Shown here piece after piece: positions 9,824 to 19,191 of a DNA stretch of 46,567 bases. The stretch is from positions 35,744 to 82,310 of the forward strand of contig JBFMBF010000003.1 in NCBI GenBank assembly GCA_040755315.1, read 5' to 3'. Within the stretch, counting starts at the first letter, position 1, and each line of letters begins with the position of its first letter. Below the pieces are notes generated by a model. It ran no database searches. It saw only the letters and a program-made list of their open reading frames with translations, and was not told the origin of the DNA. Position numbers and translations under genes: made by a program. This stretch comes from Candidatus Hadarchaeota archaeon. GTDB lineage: Archaea > Hadarchaeota > Hadarchaeia > Hadarchaeales > Hadarchaeaceae.

Positions 9824-9862
9824 GGCGACCCCTAGTCAGTATTACATTTTAAAATAAAAATA

Positions 9863-10420
9863 TTACTTTTCAGCGCGCGGAACTTGGTTTTTGGGTGTAG
9901 AAATCCCTCGCTTGCGTACATAAACGAGGAAAAGGTATCCAACAATCAATGATGCTAAGAAAGCGAGCAGGATTCTGGTCCCCTCAATCGCCATCCCAAA
10001 AATTGCAATCCCAGCGAAAATCTGCGGCACCTCGACCACGGTGGAGGTAACCAGCATAGTCATCAAAGCCGAAACGCGTATGCCGGCATCTTTGAATCCC
10101 CTTATTATGGGGTAGGCGACGAATGGGCAAGGTGGAAGGATGCTGCCGACCGCCCCCGCTGTGAGCACCTCTCTCGGCTCCGATGTCCCGAAGAGCTTTG
10201 AAACGCGCTCGCGAGTTATCAAATTTTTTACAAGTCCTCCCAGAAACATCGCTACAACAATCGGAATTGCCAGCCTCTGAATCTCTTTAAGGCTGGTTTC
10301 GGCGGATGACTTCGCTGCCTCAGGATTAATCATTAATGTCCCCAAATAGGTGCAGATGGCCACGATTAGCACGGCCCGGTGGCTCCAACTCCCTCCCGTG
10401 ATTTTTCTTACATGCGCCAC
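9863..10420 (-). CDS. DUF318/ArsP-like permease (half-size)
   Basis: Hydrophobic, GSILPPCPFVAYP motif. Confidence 0.72.
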   Translation of the reverse strand: MAHVRKITGGSWSHRAVLIVAICTYLGTLMINPEAAKSSAETSLKEIQRLAIPIVVAMFLGGLVKNLITRERVSKLFGTSEPREVLTAGAVGSILPPCPFVAYPIIRGFKDAGIRVSALMTMLVTSTVVEVPQIFAGIAIFGMAIEGTRILLAFLASLIVGYLFLVYVRKRGISTPKNQVPRAEK

Positions 10421-10421
10421 T

Positions 10422-11027
10422 TCACCACCCCAAGGCTGTCAAAGTAAGATACGCGAGAAATCCGGCGACCAGCGCAGCCGAGACTGTGAGCAACAGCCTG
10501 AGGCCAATTATTTTCGAGTTGAAATACGCGAGGTCACAGGAGAGAACGCAGGCGAATGCCGTCCCGGAGCCAAAAAGCATGCCCATCACCCCGGGAAGGC
10601 CCGCACCAGCTGCGTAGACACCCATTATAATCGGATAAGCAATGAAAGGGCAGGCGGGTAAGATGCAGCCTATGCCAACCCCCACGAGAACCGCCAGGGG
10701 ACCTGCTTGCGCCCCAAGAAACGCGGCGACGGTTTTGGACGGCAGGAGGTTTATCACGGCCCCTGCTATAAAAAGGGCTGCCACTATGTAAACCGCGAAG
10801 TTTCCGAGTGTCTTGAGTGAATCACGGGCACTTTTTTCTGCCACGTTCGGTTTTGTGAGCGAGAAGTAAAGATAGAGAAAAACTGTCATAATTATCATGG
10901 CGTGTACACTGGGGTTGTCCCCAAGAAAAGAAGGGATTTTTCCCTTGAGGGGACCTAGTACCAAGAACGACCCAATCAGGATTGAGGCGACACAGAAACT
11001 TCCCGCCAACGCTTTTGAAACCATCAT
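10422..11027 (-). CDS. DUF318/ArsP-like permease (half-size)
   Basis: GCILPACPFIAYP motif; start placed at ATG 11027 behind a GGGAGAG RBS. Confidence 0.72.
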   Translation of the reverse strand: MMVSKALAGSFCVASILIGSFLVLGPLKGKIPSFLGDNPSVHAMIIMTVFLYLYFSLTKPNVAEKSARDSLKTLGNFAVYIVAALFIAGAVINLLPSKTVAAFLGAQAGPLAVLVGVGIGCILPACPFIAYPIIMGVYAAGAGLPGVMGMLFGSGTAFACVLSCDLAYFNSKIIGLRLLLTVSAALVAGFLAYLTLTALGW

Positions 11028-11152
11028 CTCTCCCGCTAAAAGAAACAAAATAAGTAAAAATAAGCTTGATGTGAACCAAAAATGGTTAACAAAAAGAGTT
11101 TTGAATGTCGGGTTGATGGAGTTGTATGGGCGAGCGCAAAAAAGAGTCAAGG

Positions 11153-11929
11153 ATGTATGAGACAATTAGCGCAGAGTTCAAAAAAATGGTGAGACGCCAC
11201 AAATTCGCAAACAGGGCGGTCCGTTGCAGGATAATTGCGAGAGGTTTTGCTACCCGCCCCCCCGCGGCTTTTTCAACAGGGTTTACTGAACAATACTTTA
11301 AGATGCCATCCGAAGAATACGCGCTGGCAAGAGGAAATGAGGTCATTCTGAGGTGCGAGTTCAAGGGTTGTTATGGGGATGCCTTCACCGACGAGCCGAA
11401 GCCGTTCGTAGGAAAACTTTCAGATGTGGAAAACATGCCCCTTGAAAGCAGCACGGACCGGGCCGTCTACTTCGCGACTTTGAATGCGGTTTTCAGCTAC
11501 TTGGGACTCCGCGACAGCGTCCACTGTAAAAAAGAAAAGCCGGAAGCTTGTGGCAAACAGTTAGTCAAATATATTGCCGACAACTTCGGTGAGAAAGTTG
11601 TCGTGGCGCATATCGGCTACCAGCCCGGCCAGGTAGAAGCGTGCACAAAACTTTTCAAAAATTACGTGACAGATTTAAACCCCAAAAACATTGGGAAGAG
11701 AAAGTTCGGGTGCAAGATTCTGGGCGGCAACAAAAACAAAGAGGTGATTGAAAAAGCAGATGTCGCATCCATAACCGGAAGCACTATTGTCAACGGGAGC
11801 CTACCTCAACTGCTAGAGTGGTGCAACTTGTACAGGACTGAACCAATCGTCTATGGGGTTACGATAAGCGCTGCCGCGAAGATACTAAAGCTAAGGCATT
11901 ATTGCCCTTACGCGCGTAGTACACCTTAG
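11153..11929 (+). CDS. DUF364-like Rossmann-fold protein
   Basis: RAVYFATLNA, HIGYQP, ITGSTIVNGS, YGVT. Confidence 0.75.
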   Translation: MYETISAEFKKMVRRHKFANRAVRCRIIARGFATRPPAAFSTGFTEQYFKMPSEEYALARGNEVILRCEFKGCYGDAFTDEPKPFVGKLSDVENMPLESSTDRAVYFATLNAVFSYLGLRDSVHCKKEKPEACGKQLVKYIADNFGEKVVVAHIGYQPGQVEACTKLFKNYVTDLNPKNIGKRKFGCKILGGNKNKEVIEKADVASITGSTIVNGSLPQLLEWCNLYRTEPIVYGVTISAAAKILKLRHYCPYARSTP

Positions 11930-11995
11930 GGTTCTGCACCATTTTATTAGACATGCCGTTTTTCCACCTGAACCCGTTTGGACTGTCGAACTAGG

Positions 11996-12934
11996 TTATT
12001 TTGCCGCCCTGAGGTCCTTGTATGCTGAAATGGCGGCGACAGCGCCCTGCGCGCACGCCACCACAATCTGTTTGAACCCGCCTGAAACATCTCCTGCGGC
12101 GTATACCCTAGGGACGTTTGTCCTCTGATCCTTGTCCGTGATGATGAAGCCGCTGGAATCAACCCTCACGCCGATCTTGGAAGCGAGTTCTATGCTGTCG
12201 GGTGTCTCTCCAACCGCCACGAAGACGGCGGACACCTCAAATTCATTTTTTGTGTTCTCCTTCAGATTTCGGACTCGGATGCCCTTAACAAGCTTGTCTC
12301 CGAAAATCTCCTCAATCTTCGTGTTTAATACAACTTTCAGCCGGCCCGCTATTTTTTTCTGCAGGTACTCTTCGGCATCGAGCTTGTCTCCGTTGTGAAT
12401 CAGGATCACCTCGCAGTCTATGCCGTCGAGGTAAATTGCGTCTTCAGCAGCATGGCTCCCCCCGCCCACGACCGCGACTTTTTTCCCCCTGAAGAAGAAG
12501 CCGTCGCAGGCGGCGCAATGGGATACTCCTTTGCCGAAAAACTCGTTCTCCCCCTTGACGCGCAACTTTGTATGGGACGTGCCGGTGGCTAGAATCAATG
12601 CTTTCGTCTCGTATTCGCTTTTTTCCGTCCGGACGCGGATGGTCTCTCCAATCTTGATGTCCACAACTGGCTCGAACTCGTTGATTTTCAGATACTCAGT
12701 CGTGTGAGCCTTGATTTTTTCCACAAGCTCCACGCCGGTGATGGAATCAAAGCCGGGGTAGTTCTCGATTCTTGGAGCGCTGCCCGTCAGTCCTCCGGCA
12801 CCCATTTTTTCCAAAACCAGCGTCTTGAGGCCGCTCCTAACTCCGTAGATGCCGGCGGTCATCCCGGCCGGTCCTCCCCCGACGATGATCAAATCATGAA
12901 TCACGACTCCACCCGTAATCACTGAATTCTTCAT
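11996..12934 (-). CDS. trxB: Thioredoxin-disulfide reductase (flavoprotein) with atypical nucleotide-binding site
   Basis: GGGPAG, IENYPG, GVSHCAACDG redox pair, VYAAGD; HNGDKLD in place of HRRxxxR. Confidence 0.9.
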   Translation of the reverse strand: MKNSVITGGVVIHDLIIVGGGPAGMTAGIYGVRSGLKTLVLEKMGAGGLTGSAPRIENYPGFDSITGVELVEKIKAHTTEYLKINEFEPVVDIKIGETIRVRTEKSEYETKALILATGTSHTKLRVKGENEFFGKGVSHCAACDGFFFRGKKVAVVGGGSHAAEDAIYLDGIDCEVILIHNGDKLDAEEYLQKKIAGRLKVVLNTKIEEIFGDKLVKGIRVRNLKENTKNEFEVSAVFVAVGETPDSIELASKIGVRVDSSGFIITDKDQRTNVPRVYAAGDVSGGFKQIVVACAQGAVAAISAYKDLRAAK

Positions 12935-13011
12935 GATTTATCCTTTCTTGCGGCGTTTTCAATCATGTTACAGAAGCTTGTGCTCTCCGTGTAAGAGATA
13001 AAGTTTAATCC

Positions 13012-13028
13012 ATAACATAAGATGTTAT
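13012..13028. promoter_or_regulatory. Inverted repeat ATAACAT-N3-ATGTTAT
   Basis: Perfect 7-bp arms between TTTAAT and the GGTGA RBS of the MTH1187 gene, in the divergent trxB intergenic region. Confidence 0.5.
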
Positions 13029-13039
13029 TTGGTGATGGA

Positions 13040-13342
13040 ATGCCTGTAATGGAAATAAGCGTGATTCCTATCGGTACTGAAACGACATCAATAAGCCCTT
13101 ACGTTGCCGAGGCCGTCAAAGTCCTGATGAAGGAAAAAGGCATCAAGTATCAGACCACCGCCATGTGCACAGTCGTTGAAGGTGACCTGAAAAAACTGCT
13201 GGATGTGGCTCTGAAGGTTCATGAGGCAGTGATGAAAAAAGGTCCCAAGAGGGTACACACCACAATCACGATAGACGATCGCCGGGACAAAGAACTGACG
13301 ATGGAAGGGAAAATCAGGTCTGTGGAAGCGAAGCTGAAGTGA
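13040..13342 (+). CDS. MTH1187/YkoF-family thiamine-binding protein
   Basis: EISVIPIGT...SISPYVA...AMCTVVEG...RVHTTITIDDRRDK. Confidence 0.9.
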   Translation: MPVMEISVIPIGTETTSISPYVAEAVKVLMKEKGIKYQTTAMCTVVEGDLKKLLDVALKVHEAVMKKGPKRVHTTITIDDRRDKELTMEGKIRSVEAKLK

Positions 13343-13372
13343 ATTTCAAACTTGGGATCAGGAGGCTGGACA

Positions 13373-13790
13373 TTGGAGGAATGCATATTCTGTAAAATAG
13401 CAGCCGGAAAGGTCGGCGCGGCAAAGATTTGCGAAACTAAAGACATCGTTGCTTTCTTGGACATCCGCCCTCGGTCGCCCGGACACAGCTTGGTGATCCC
13501 AAAAAAAGCACGCAGCGACTCTCGCTGAACTTGACGACGAACTTGTGGCGGAGGTTTTCAAAGCCGTGAAAAAAGTGACCAATATGCTGAAGAAATCCAT
13601 CAAGCCGGACGCCTTCACCATAGGGATAAACGACGGCAGAGCATCTGGCCAAGAAATACCGCACCTGCATGTCAACGTCTTCCCAAGATCCTTTGGAGAT
13701 GGCGGGGGGCCCGTCCACGCCGTGGTGAACAACCCTCCCCGTGAGGACATCACAAAAACTGCTGAAAGACTAAAGAGCCTGACTAAATAG
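13373..13790 (+). pseudogene. HIT-family hydrolase, frameshifted at an A7 run (13501-13507)
   Basis: TTG start behind GGAGG reads ECIFCKI...AFLDIRPRSPGHSLVIPKK then stops; removing one A gives PKKHAATL and joins ORF 13545..13790 with GQEIPHLHVNV. Confidence 0.85.
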
Positions 13791-13797
13791 TTCTGAA

Positions 13798-14567
13798 ATG
13801 AAGGTGACCAAAATTATTGATATTTCAAGCAAAAAAGGGCGCGGCAAGGGACAACAGGTTTCCATAGTCCGCGGGGGGATGTTCATTTCTGGGTTGCTTC
13901 TGATTCTAACGCTGCCTCCAGTAATGGCCGTTTTGATTGCAAACGCAGTTCTGAGCTGGGGCGTGTCTTCTTTGAACTACGCGCTTTACTTTGCTCCTGT
14001 TTTCGAGGAGTTCGCCAAGGGGCTGAGCCTTTTCTTCGTCGTGGCCTTGGTGTACAAAAAAATATTTCTCGTGTGCCTCTCGTTCAGGAACAACTACGTT
14101 TGTCTGGCGTTCGATCAAATTGTGTCCGGAAAAATCCGCAAAAAATGGCCAGCCTGAACAAAGCCATGATGATTTCTTTAATCGGTTGGTCAGTCGGACT
14201 TGTTTTTGGAATGATTGAAAATTTGAGCTACTTCCTAGAAAGGGGAGTGCCATTGACCGAAAGGCTGGGGACACCGTTCAATCACGCTTTTATGACATGG
14301 ATGTTCAGCATAGGGATTTACTTCTGGAAAACCAAAAGCAAATTGGGCTGGTTGAAGCTTGGTCTTTTCTACTCCATTCCAGTCCTCTTGCACTCCAGCT
14401 GGAATCACGGGTCGCTCACGGGATTGATAAACATCCTGTCGGTTATATGGATTTTCGTTGCGGCGGGTATTGCCTTTTACCTGCTGTGGCTGGAGCTGAA
14501 ACTGCGAAACATAGTTTTTGTTAGAACACCGAAAAAACCGCCCGCTACAATAAGAAAAGTTTTTTGA
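13798..14567 (+). pseudogene. PrsW-family intramembrane glutamic protease split by a frameshift
   Basis: APVFEEFAK in ORF 13798..14157; FGMIEN, NHAF and LHSSWN in the -1-frame ORF 14073..14567. Confidence 0.75.
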
Positions 14568-16161
14568 GGAGATGGAACGGTAGGTAACCATTCAACAGGA
14601 TTTTGTCGTTGAACTTCCTTTCGCTGAATTTTCCACCCATCTTCCTTTCGACATCGGCGCGCAGCTGGAGGATGAGGTGTTTCCCCAGAAGGTAGGAGAG
14701 CGGGTAACCCGGCGACTTGGTGTACCGCCTAACCTCGGCCACGGCGGCCTCCACCGGCATTCCTGTCTCTTTCACTAGCATCTCTACCGCCTCTCCGAAA
14801 CCCATCTCACCCCTTGAAAGCCCGACATCCACTATGATTCTGACTGCCCGCCAAATCTGATCATTCACCTGTACAAACTCCGTCTTGGGATCGCTTGAGA
14901 ACCCGTGCTCCATCATCATGTGTTCGCAGTAGTGGGCCCAGCCCTCAACTGTCTCTGTCGCACCGACCAGCAGCCTCACGACCGACGCCCTGTTAGAGGC
15001 GGCTCCTTGAAGGAAGTGCCCGGGGAAAGCCTCGTGAACCGCGGTGTTCCTGATCGAAGGATAGTTAAGGTGCCTGCCGAGATCGGCCTGGTTTTTCGGC
15101 TCTGCCACAACATAAACCCCAACCTGCGGCCTGTCGAATTTTGCGGGCATGTAAAGGGCGGCAAAAGGCGTCAGCGTGGCCATGAAATCCGGCGTCCTCT
15201 CCACCTTCAGCAGGTCATCGTCGCTCACTGTGGCCAGGTTTTTTTCTCGTATGAACTGCCTGGCCCGAATCACCTCGCTCCTCACAAAGTCGAGGGCCTC
15301 ATCGAATGTTTTTGGACAGTCGCGCTCTATCATCCGGATAACCTCTTCCACAGGCTTCCGAGGTGCAATCCTCTCTGACAGGCTGGCTCGGCGCTCCTTC
15401 AGCTCTATTAAAAACTTCCACCCTAACCCGCGAATCTCATCAGCGGACATCCCGAGGCCCCTCAGCTGGAGCAGCTTTTCAAACTTTTCCTTTCCGAGGG
15501 GCCAATCGTCCTTCGCCTTCCGCAGTAGGGACTCAAGCCACCTCTCGTGCTCCGGCAGGGATTTCTCCAGTTCCCTGACCGACTCCTCAATCCTCTTTTG
15601 GGCCTTGTCAGAAACTTTTCCCTTCGAGTATTCTGGGATGCTTTTGAAAAAAGCGGGGACGCTCCGGCAGGTCTCGAGCGCTATCTCAGTCCAGAGCTTG
15701 ACCGGCGTGGAGCGCTCAAACTTGGTCCTGAACTCCTTAAGGTACTGCGGGGCCTTCTCCATCCGCGCGGCTATTGCCCCGATCCTTTTTTCAAGTGGCG
15801 CGTAATCGCGAACAAACATCACAAAAAGCAGCCCGCCGAGGCCCTCCAAAGCATCTGGGTCCCTCTCGTGGACGCGGTACTCGTGGAAGTAGAACCTTCC
15901 CATCTCAAGAGACATTTCAAGAACTTCCCAGTCAATCCTGTTTTCGACGCTCAGTCCCTCCCTGTCAACCTCTTTCTCAAGCCGGCCGACCCACTCCTCC
16001 ATCAAAGCTAGGTTCGCCTTGACGTTGGCTGTGGACCCGTCTGGGAGAAGGGAGTCATAGGGGTCGTGGAGGCCTATGTAAGTGGCGAAGTCAGGGTTCA
16101 GCCCGAGCAATCTCTTAAACATCTCGTCGTTTATCTTTCCAAACTTTTCGTTCTCGCCCAT
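14545..16161 (-). CDS. DUF885-family protein (putative zinc metallopeptidase)
   Basis: HEAFPGH, EGWAHYCE, RIIVDVGL, EVRRY..PG...SY; start placed at ATG 16161. Confidence 0.87.
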   Translation of the reverse strand: MGENEKFGKINDEMFKRLLGLNPDFATYIGLHDPYDSLLPDGSTANVKANLALMEEWVGRLEKEVDREGLSVENRIDWEVLEMSLEMGRFYFHEYRVHERDPDALEGLGGLLFVMFVRDYAPLEKRIGAIAARMEKAPQYLKEFRTKFERSTPVKLWTEIALETCRSVPAFFKSIPEYSKGKVSDKAQKRIEESVRELEKSLPEHERWLESLLRKAKDDWPLGKEKFEKLLQLRGLGMSADEIRGLGWKFLIELKERRASLSERIAPRKPVEEVIRMIERDCPKTFDEALDFVRSEVIRARQFIREKNLATVSDDDLLKVERTPDFMATLTPFAALYMPAKFDRPQVGVYVVAEPKNQADLGRHLNYPSIRNTAVHEAFPGHFLQGAASNRASVVRLLVGATETVEGWAHYCEHMMMEHGFSSDPKTEFVQVNDQIWRAVRIIVDVGLSRGEMGFGEAVEMLVKETGMPVEAAVAEVRRYTKSPGYPLSYLLGKHLILQLRADVERKMGGKFSERKFNDKILLNGYLPFHLLKKLFLL

Positions 16162-16255
16162 TGTACCAATCAATATCTGTCCTTCGGAAAAAGATTGCTT
16201 GCCGTTTGGGCTGCCAAAAGTATTTAATTGGCGCAGGGGGAATCCATCCGGTAAC

Positions 16256-16390
16256 ATGGCGTGGAAATGCATGGGCTGCGGCAGGGTTTTTGACAATCTC
16301 CCGGAGAGGGTTACCTGCACCTACTGCAGCAAAAGGATATTCACCAAGACCCGACCGGAAGCCGTGGTAAAGAAGGTCAAGGCAATATAG
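16256..16390 (+). CDS. rpoP: DNA-directed RNA polymerase subunit P (Rpo12)
   Basis: 44 aa MAWKCMGCGRVF...CTYCSKRIFTKTRP...VKAI, zinc ribbon plus RIxxKxRP tail. Confidence 0.85.
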   Translation: MAWKCMGCGRVFDNLPERVTCTYCSKRIFTKTRPEAVVKKVKAI

Positions 16391-16463
16391 CCTAATTTTT
16401 GCTGAATCTTGGTCCATTGGAAAAATAGATATAACCCCATTCTTAGACTTCACGAGTGGTCAA

Positions 16464-17774
16464 ATGCTCCGTATTCAGGGATTCAGAGGCGGGATTCATC
16501 CCTCTTACTCAAAGCTGGCCTCCAGCAGGGTCATCGAGAAGGCCAAGCCGCCGAAGGTCGCAGTGTTGCCCCTCCGCCAATACGTCGGCGTCCCATGTAC
16601 GGGGCTCGTAAACCTTGGAGATCACGTGAAAGTGGGTCAGAAGATAGCCGACTGCGAGGCGCCTTTATCAGTCCCAATACACTCGAGCATCTCTGGAACC
16701 ATCGTGGAACTGGCGTTGAAACCAACACCTACAGGTGAGGAGCTCCAGAGCATAGTTGTGGAGTCTGACGAGAAGGAGGAGTGGGTTGAAATCTCAGGGT
16801 TGGATGTTGAAAAGGCTTCTAGGGAGGAAATCCTGGCCAAAATCAGGGAGAGCGGGATAGCTGGCATGGGTGGTGCTGCCTTCCCCACCCACGTGAAGCT
16901 CAACCCGCCGAAAGATAAGAATGTGGAAACACTCATAATCAACGGGGTGGAGTGCGAGCCTTTCATCACGGGAGACCATAGGCTGATGCTCGAAGCTGGG
17001 GACAAAATCATAAGTGGCGCGAAGATAGCTGCAAAGGTCCTTGATGTTCGGAAAATCGTGATTGCCGTCGAAGACAACAAGCCTGACGCCGCCGAAAACA
17101 TGAGAAAGCTGGCAGGCGAAGGCATCGAAGTCAGGATTTTAAAGACCAAGTACCCCCAAGGGGACGAAAGGCACCTAATCAAGGCAATTTTGGGCAGGGA
17201 GGTCCCAGAAGGAGGACTGCCGTTTGACGTCGGGGCGATTCTCTTGAACGTGGGGACAGCAAAAGCGATACATGAAGCGGTCTACGAGGGCAAGCCACTG
17301 GTCGAGAGAGTCGTTACCGTTGCTGGAGATGTAAAAGAGCCAAAGAACATGCTCACGAGGATTGGCACTCCATTCTCACAGCTGGTGGAGGAGTGCGGCG
17401 GGCCTGTCGGAGAGATAAGAAAAATGGTGTGCGGCGGGCCCATGATGGGGATTGCCCAGCCAGCCGATGCCCCAGTGGTAAAGGGCACCACTTGCGTTCT
17501 GGTATTCAACGAGGCTAATGCAGGGGAGGAGCGGGAACTGCCATGCATAAGGTGTGCCAGGTGCGTCGAGGCCTGCCCGATGAGCCTCATGCCTACCATC
17601 CTCGCCCACCTCTCAGAACGGGGAAATGTTGAGGGGGTGCTTGACTACAAAATAATGAGTTGCGACGAGTGTGGATGCTGTTCCTACGTCTGCCCGTCAA
17701 AAATCCCGCTGGTCCAGAAGATCAGGCTGGGGAAAGTCCTCGTGAGGTCGAAGGCTAAGAATGTGAAAAAATGA
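16464..17774 (+). CDS. rnfC: Rnf complex subunit C
   Basis: FRGGIHP, GMGGAAFPTHVK, NGVECEP, YPQG, GGPMMG, two 4Fe-4S motifs (CIRCARC, CDECGCC). Confidence 0.96.
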   Translation: MLRIQGFRGGIHPSYSKLASSRVIEKAKPPKVAVLPLRQYVGVPCTGLVNLGDHVKVGQKIADCEAPLSVPIHSSISGTIVELALKPTPTGEELQSIVVESDEKEEWVEISGLDVEKASREEILAKIRESGIAGMGGAAFPTHVKLNPPKDKNVETLIINGVECEPFITGDHRLMLEAGDKIISGAKIAAKVLDVRKIVIAVEDNKPDAAENMRKLAGEGIEVRILKTKYPQGDERHLIKAILGREVPEGGLPFDVGAILLNVGTAKAIHEAVYEGKPLVERVVTVAGDVKEPKNMLTRIGTPFSQLVEECGGPVGEIRKMVCGGPMMGIAQPADAPVVKGTTCVLVFNEANAGEERELPCIRCARCVEACPMSLMPTILAHLSERGNVEGVLDYKIMSCDECGCCSYVCPSKIPLVQKIRLGKVLVRSKAKNVKK

Positions 17775-18670
17775 AGCTTCTTGTCTCATCCTGGCCACAC
17801 ATAAGGGACAAAATCACGACGAGGGAGGTGATGATGGCGGTGGTGATAGCACTCCTTCCAGCCACTGCTTTTGGCGTTTGGTCTTTCGGCCTACACGCCC
17901 TTCTCATCGTGATAACTTCCATCACAACAGCTGTGATAACAGAGTTCGTTGCTTTCAAGCTCATGGGAAAAGAGCCCACTCGGGACGGCAGCGCCGTCGT
18001 GACAGGGCTGCTGCTCGCGCTCACTCTGCCGCCGACCCTGCCCCTTTGGACGGCCGCGGTCGGGGCAGCGTTCGCCATAAGTATAGGAAAGTTTGCTTTT
18101 GGGGGCCTTGGGCGAAACATCTTCAATCCAGCTCTTGTCGGAAGGGCTTTCCTATCCATCTCATGGCCAGCGCTGATGATCACCTGGGTGATTCCTGGCA
18201 CGGCCACAACCACGGCCACCCCCCTGACAGGCACAACCATCAGCAATGCAAACCTGTTCATTGGAAATGTCGCGGGCTCCCTTGGTGAGGTCTCGAAGTT
18301 CGCCATCCTGATTGGCGGGCTCTACCTCATTGTCATGAAATACATAGACTGGAGAACCCCGCTTTTCTATATCGGGACGGTCGGGGTGCTCACCCTGGCG
18401 CTCGGGCAGGACCCGATTTTCCACATGTTGGCGGGCGGACTCTTCCTCGGGGCGTTCTTCATGGCGACAGATTATGTTACAACCCCGATGACGAGCAGGG
18501 GCAGGATAATTTTCGCGGTAGGCGGCGGCAGCCTGGTGGTCGCCATCAGGCTTTTCGGCGGGCTCCCTGAAGGCGTGGCCTACTCCATCCTCATAATGAA
18601 TGCATTCACACCTTTGATAGAGAGGTACACCAGGCCCAAGGTCTACGGCACTGGAAAGGTGAAAAAATGA
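17771..18670 (+). CDS. rnfD: Rnf complex subunit D
   Basis: FGGLGRNIFNPA, TTATPL FMN-attachment site, GSLGEVS, FMATDYVTTP. Confidence 0.95.
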   Translation: MKLLVSSWPHIRDKITTREVMMAVVIALLPATAFGVWSFGLHALLIVITSITTAVITEFVAFKLMGKEPTRDGSAVVTGLLLALTLPPTLPLWTAAVGAAFAISIGKFAFGGLGRNIFNPALVGRAFLSISWPALMITWVIPGTATTTATPLTGTTISNANLFIGNVAGSLGEVSKFAILIGGLYLIVMKYIDWRTPLFYIGTVGVLTLALGQDPIFHMLAGGLFLGAFFMATDYVTTPMTSRGRIIFAVGGGSLVVAIRLFGGLPEGVAYSILIMNAFTPLIERYTRPKVYGTGKVKK

Positions 18671-19191
18671 AATTAGGGGTCCACACCAAATCTGTAATCG
18701 TGCTGACCGTAACCTGTGCATTCTGGGCCGCAGCGCTTGCAGTCGTCTACAACGTTACAAAACCGATTATAGAGTCTACTGAAAAAGTGGAGATTGACGC
18801 GACCTTGAGAAGAATATTTCCAGACGCCGATAATTTCATTGAAGAGCATGAACATTACACCTCTCTCAAGGAAGGCGTTCCTATCGGGTATGCCACTATC
18901 TCAAGGGGGTATGGCTACGGTGGTGAGATGAAGCTTCTAGTTGGCATCGGGCTGGACAACAGAGTCGTTGGCGTGAGTGTAATATCAAATTCAGAAACGG
19001 CGGGAGTGGGATCCAGAATAACAGAAAATACCTTCCTCGGCCAGTTTATTGGACAAACCGCCGACAACCTGAAACTGAGAAAAGACGGCGGGCAGATAGA
19101 CGCCGTCACCGGGGCCACGATAAGCTCAACCGCCGCCGTGGAAGCCGTTTACAATGGTGTTAAATTGCTGGAAAACATGACTGGAGGATGA
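18667..19191 (+). CDS. rnfG: Rnf complex subunit G
   Basis: N-terminal TM, GYGG, ETAGVG, DAVTGATISS flavinylation motif. Confidence 0.95.
   Translation: MKLGVHTKSVIVLTVTCAFWAAALAVVYNVTKPIIESTEKVEIDATLRRIFPDADNFIEEHEHYTSLKEGVPIGYATISRGYGYGGEMKLLVGIGLDNRVVGVSVISNSETAGVGSRITENTFLGQFIGQTADNLKLRKDGGQIDAVTGATISSTAAVEAVYNGVKLLENMTGG

Noticed and set aside
9863..11027. Selenocysteine readthrough joining the two permeases
   Set aside because: The upstream gene ends in TGA, but the next gene starts 1 bp later in a different frame with its own start codon
16162..16320. N-terminal extension of DUF885 in the ORF track
   Set aside because: Overlaps rpoP and the shared promoter; the family-like sequence starts at ATG 16161
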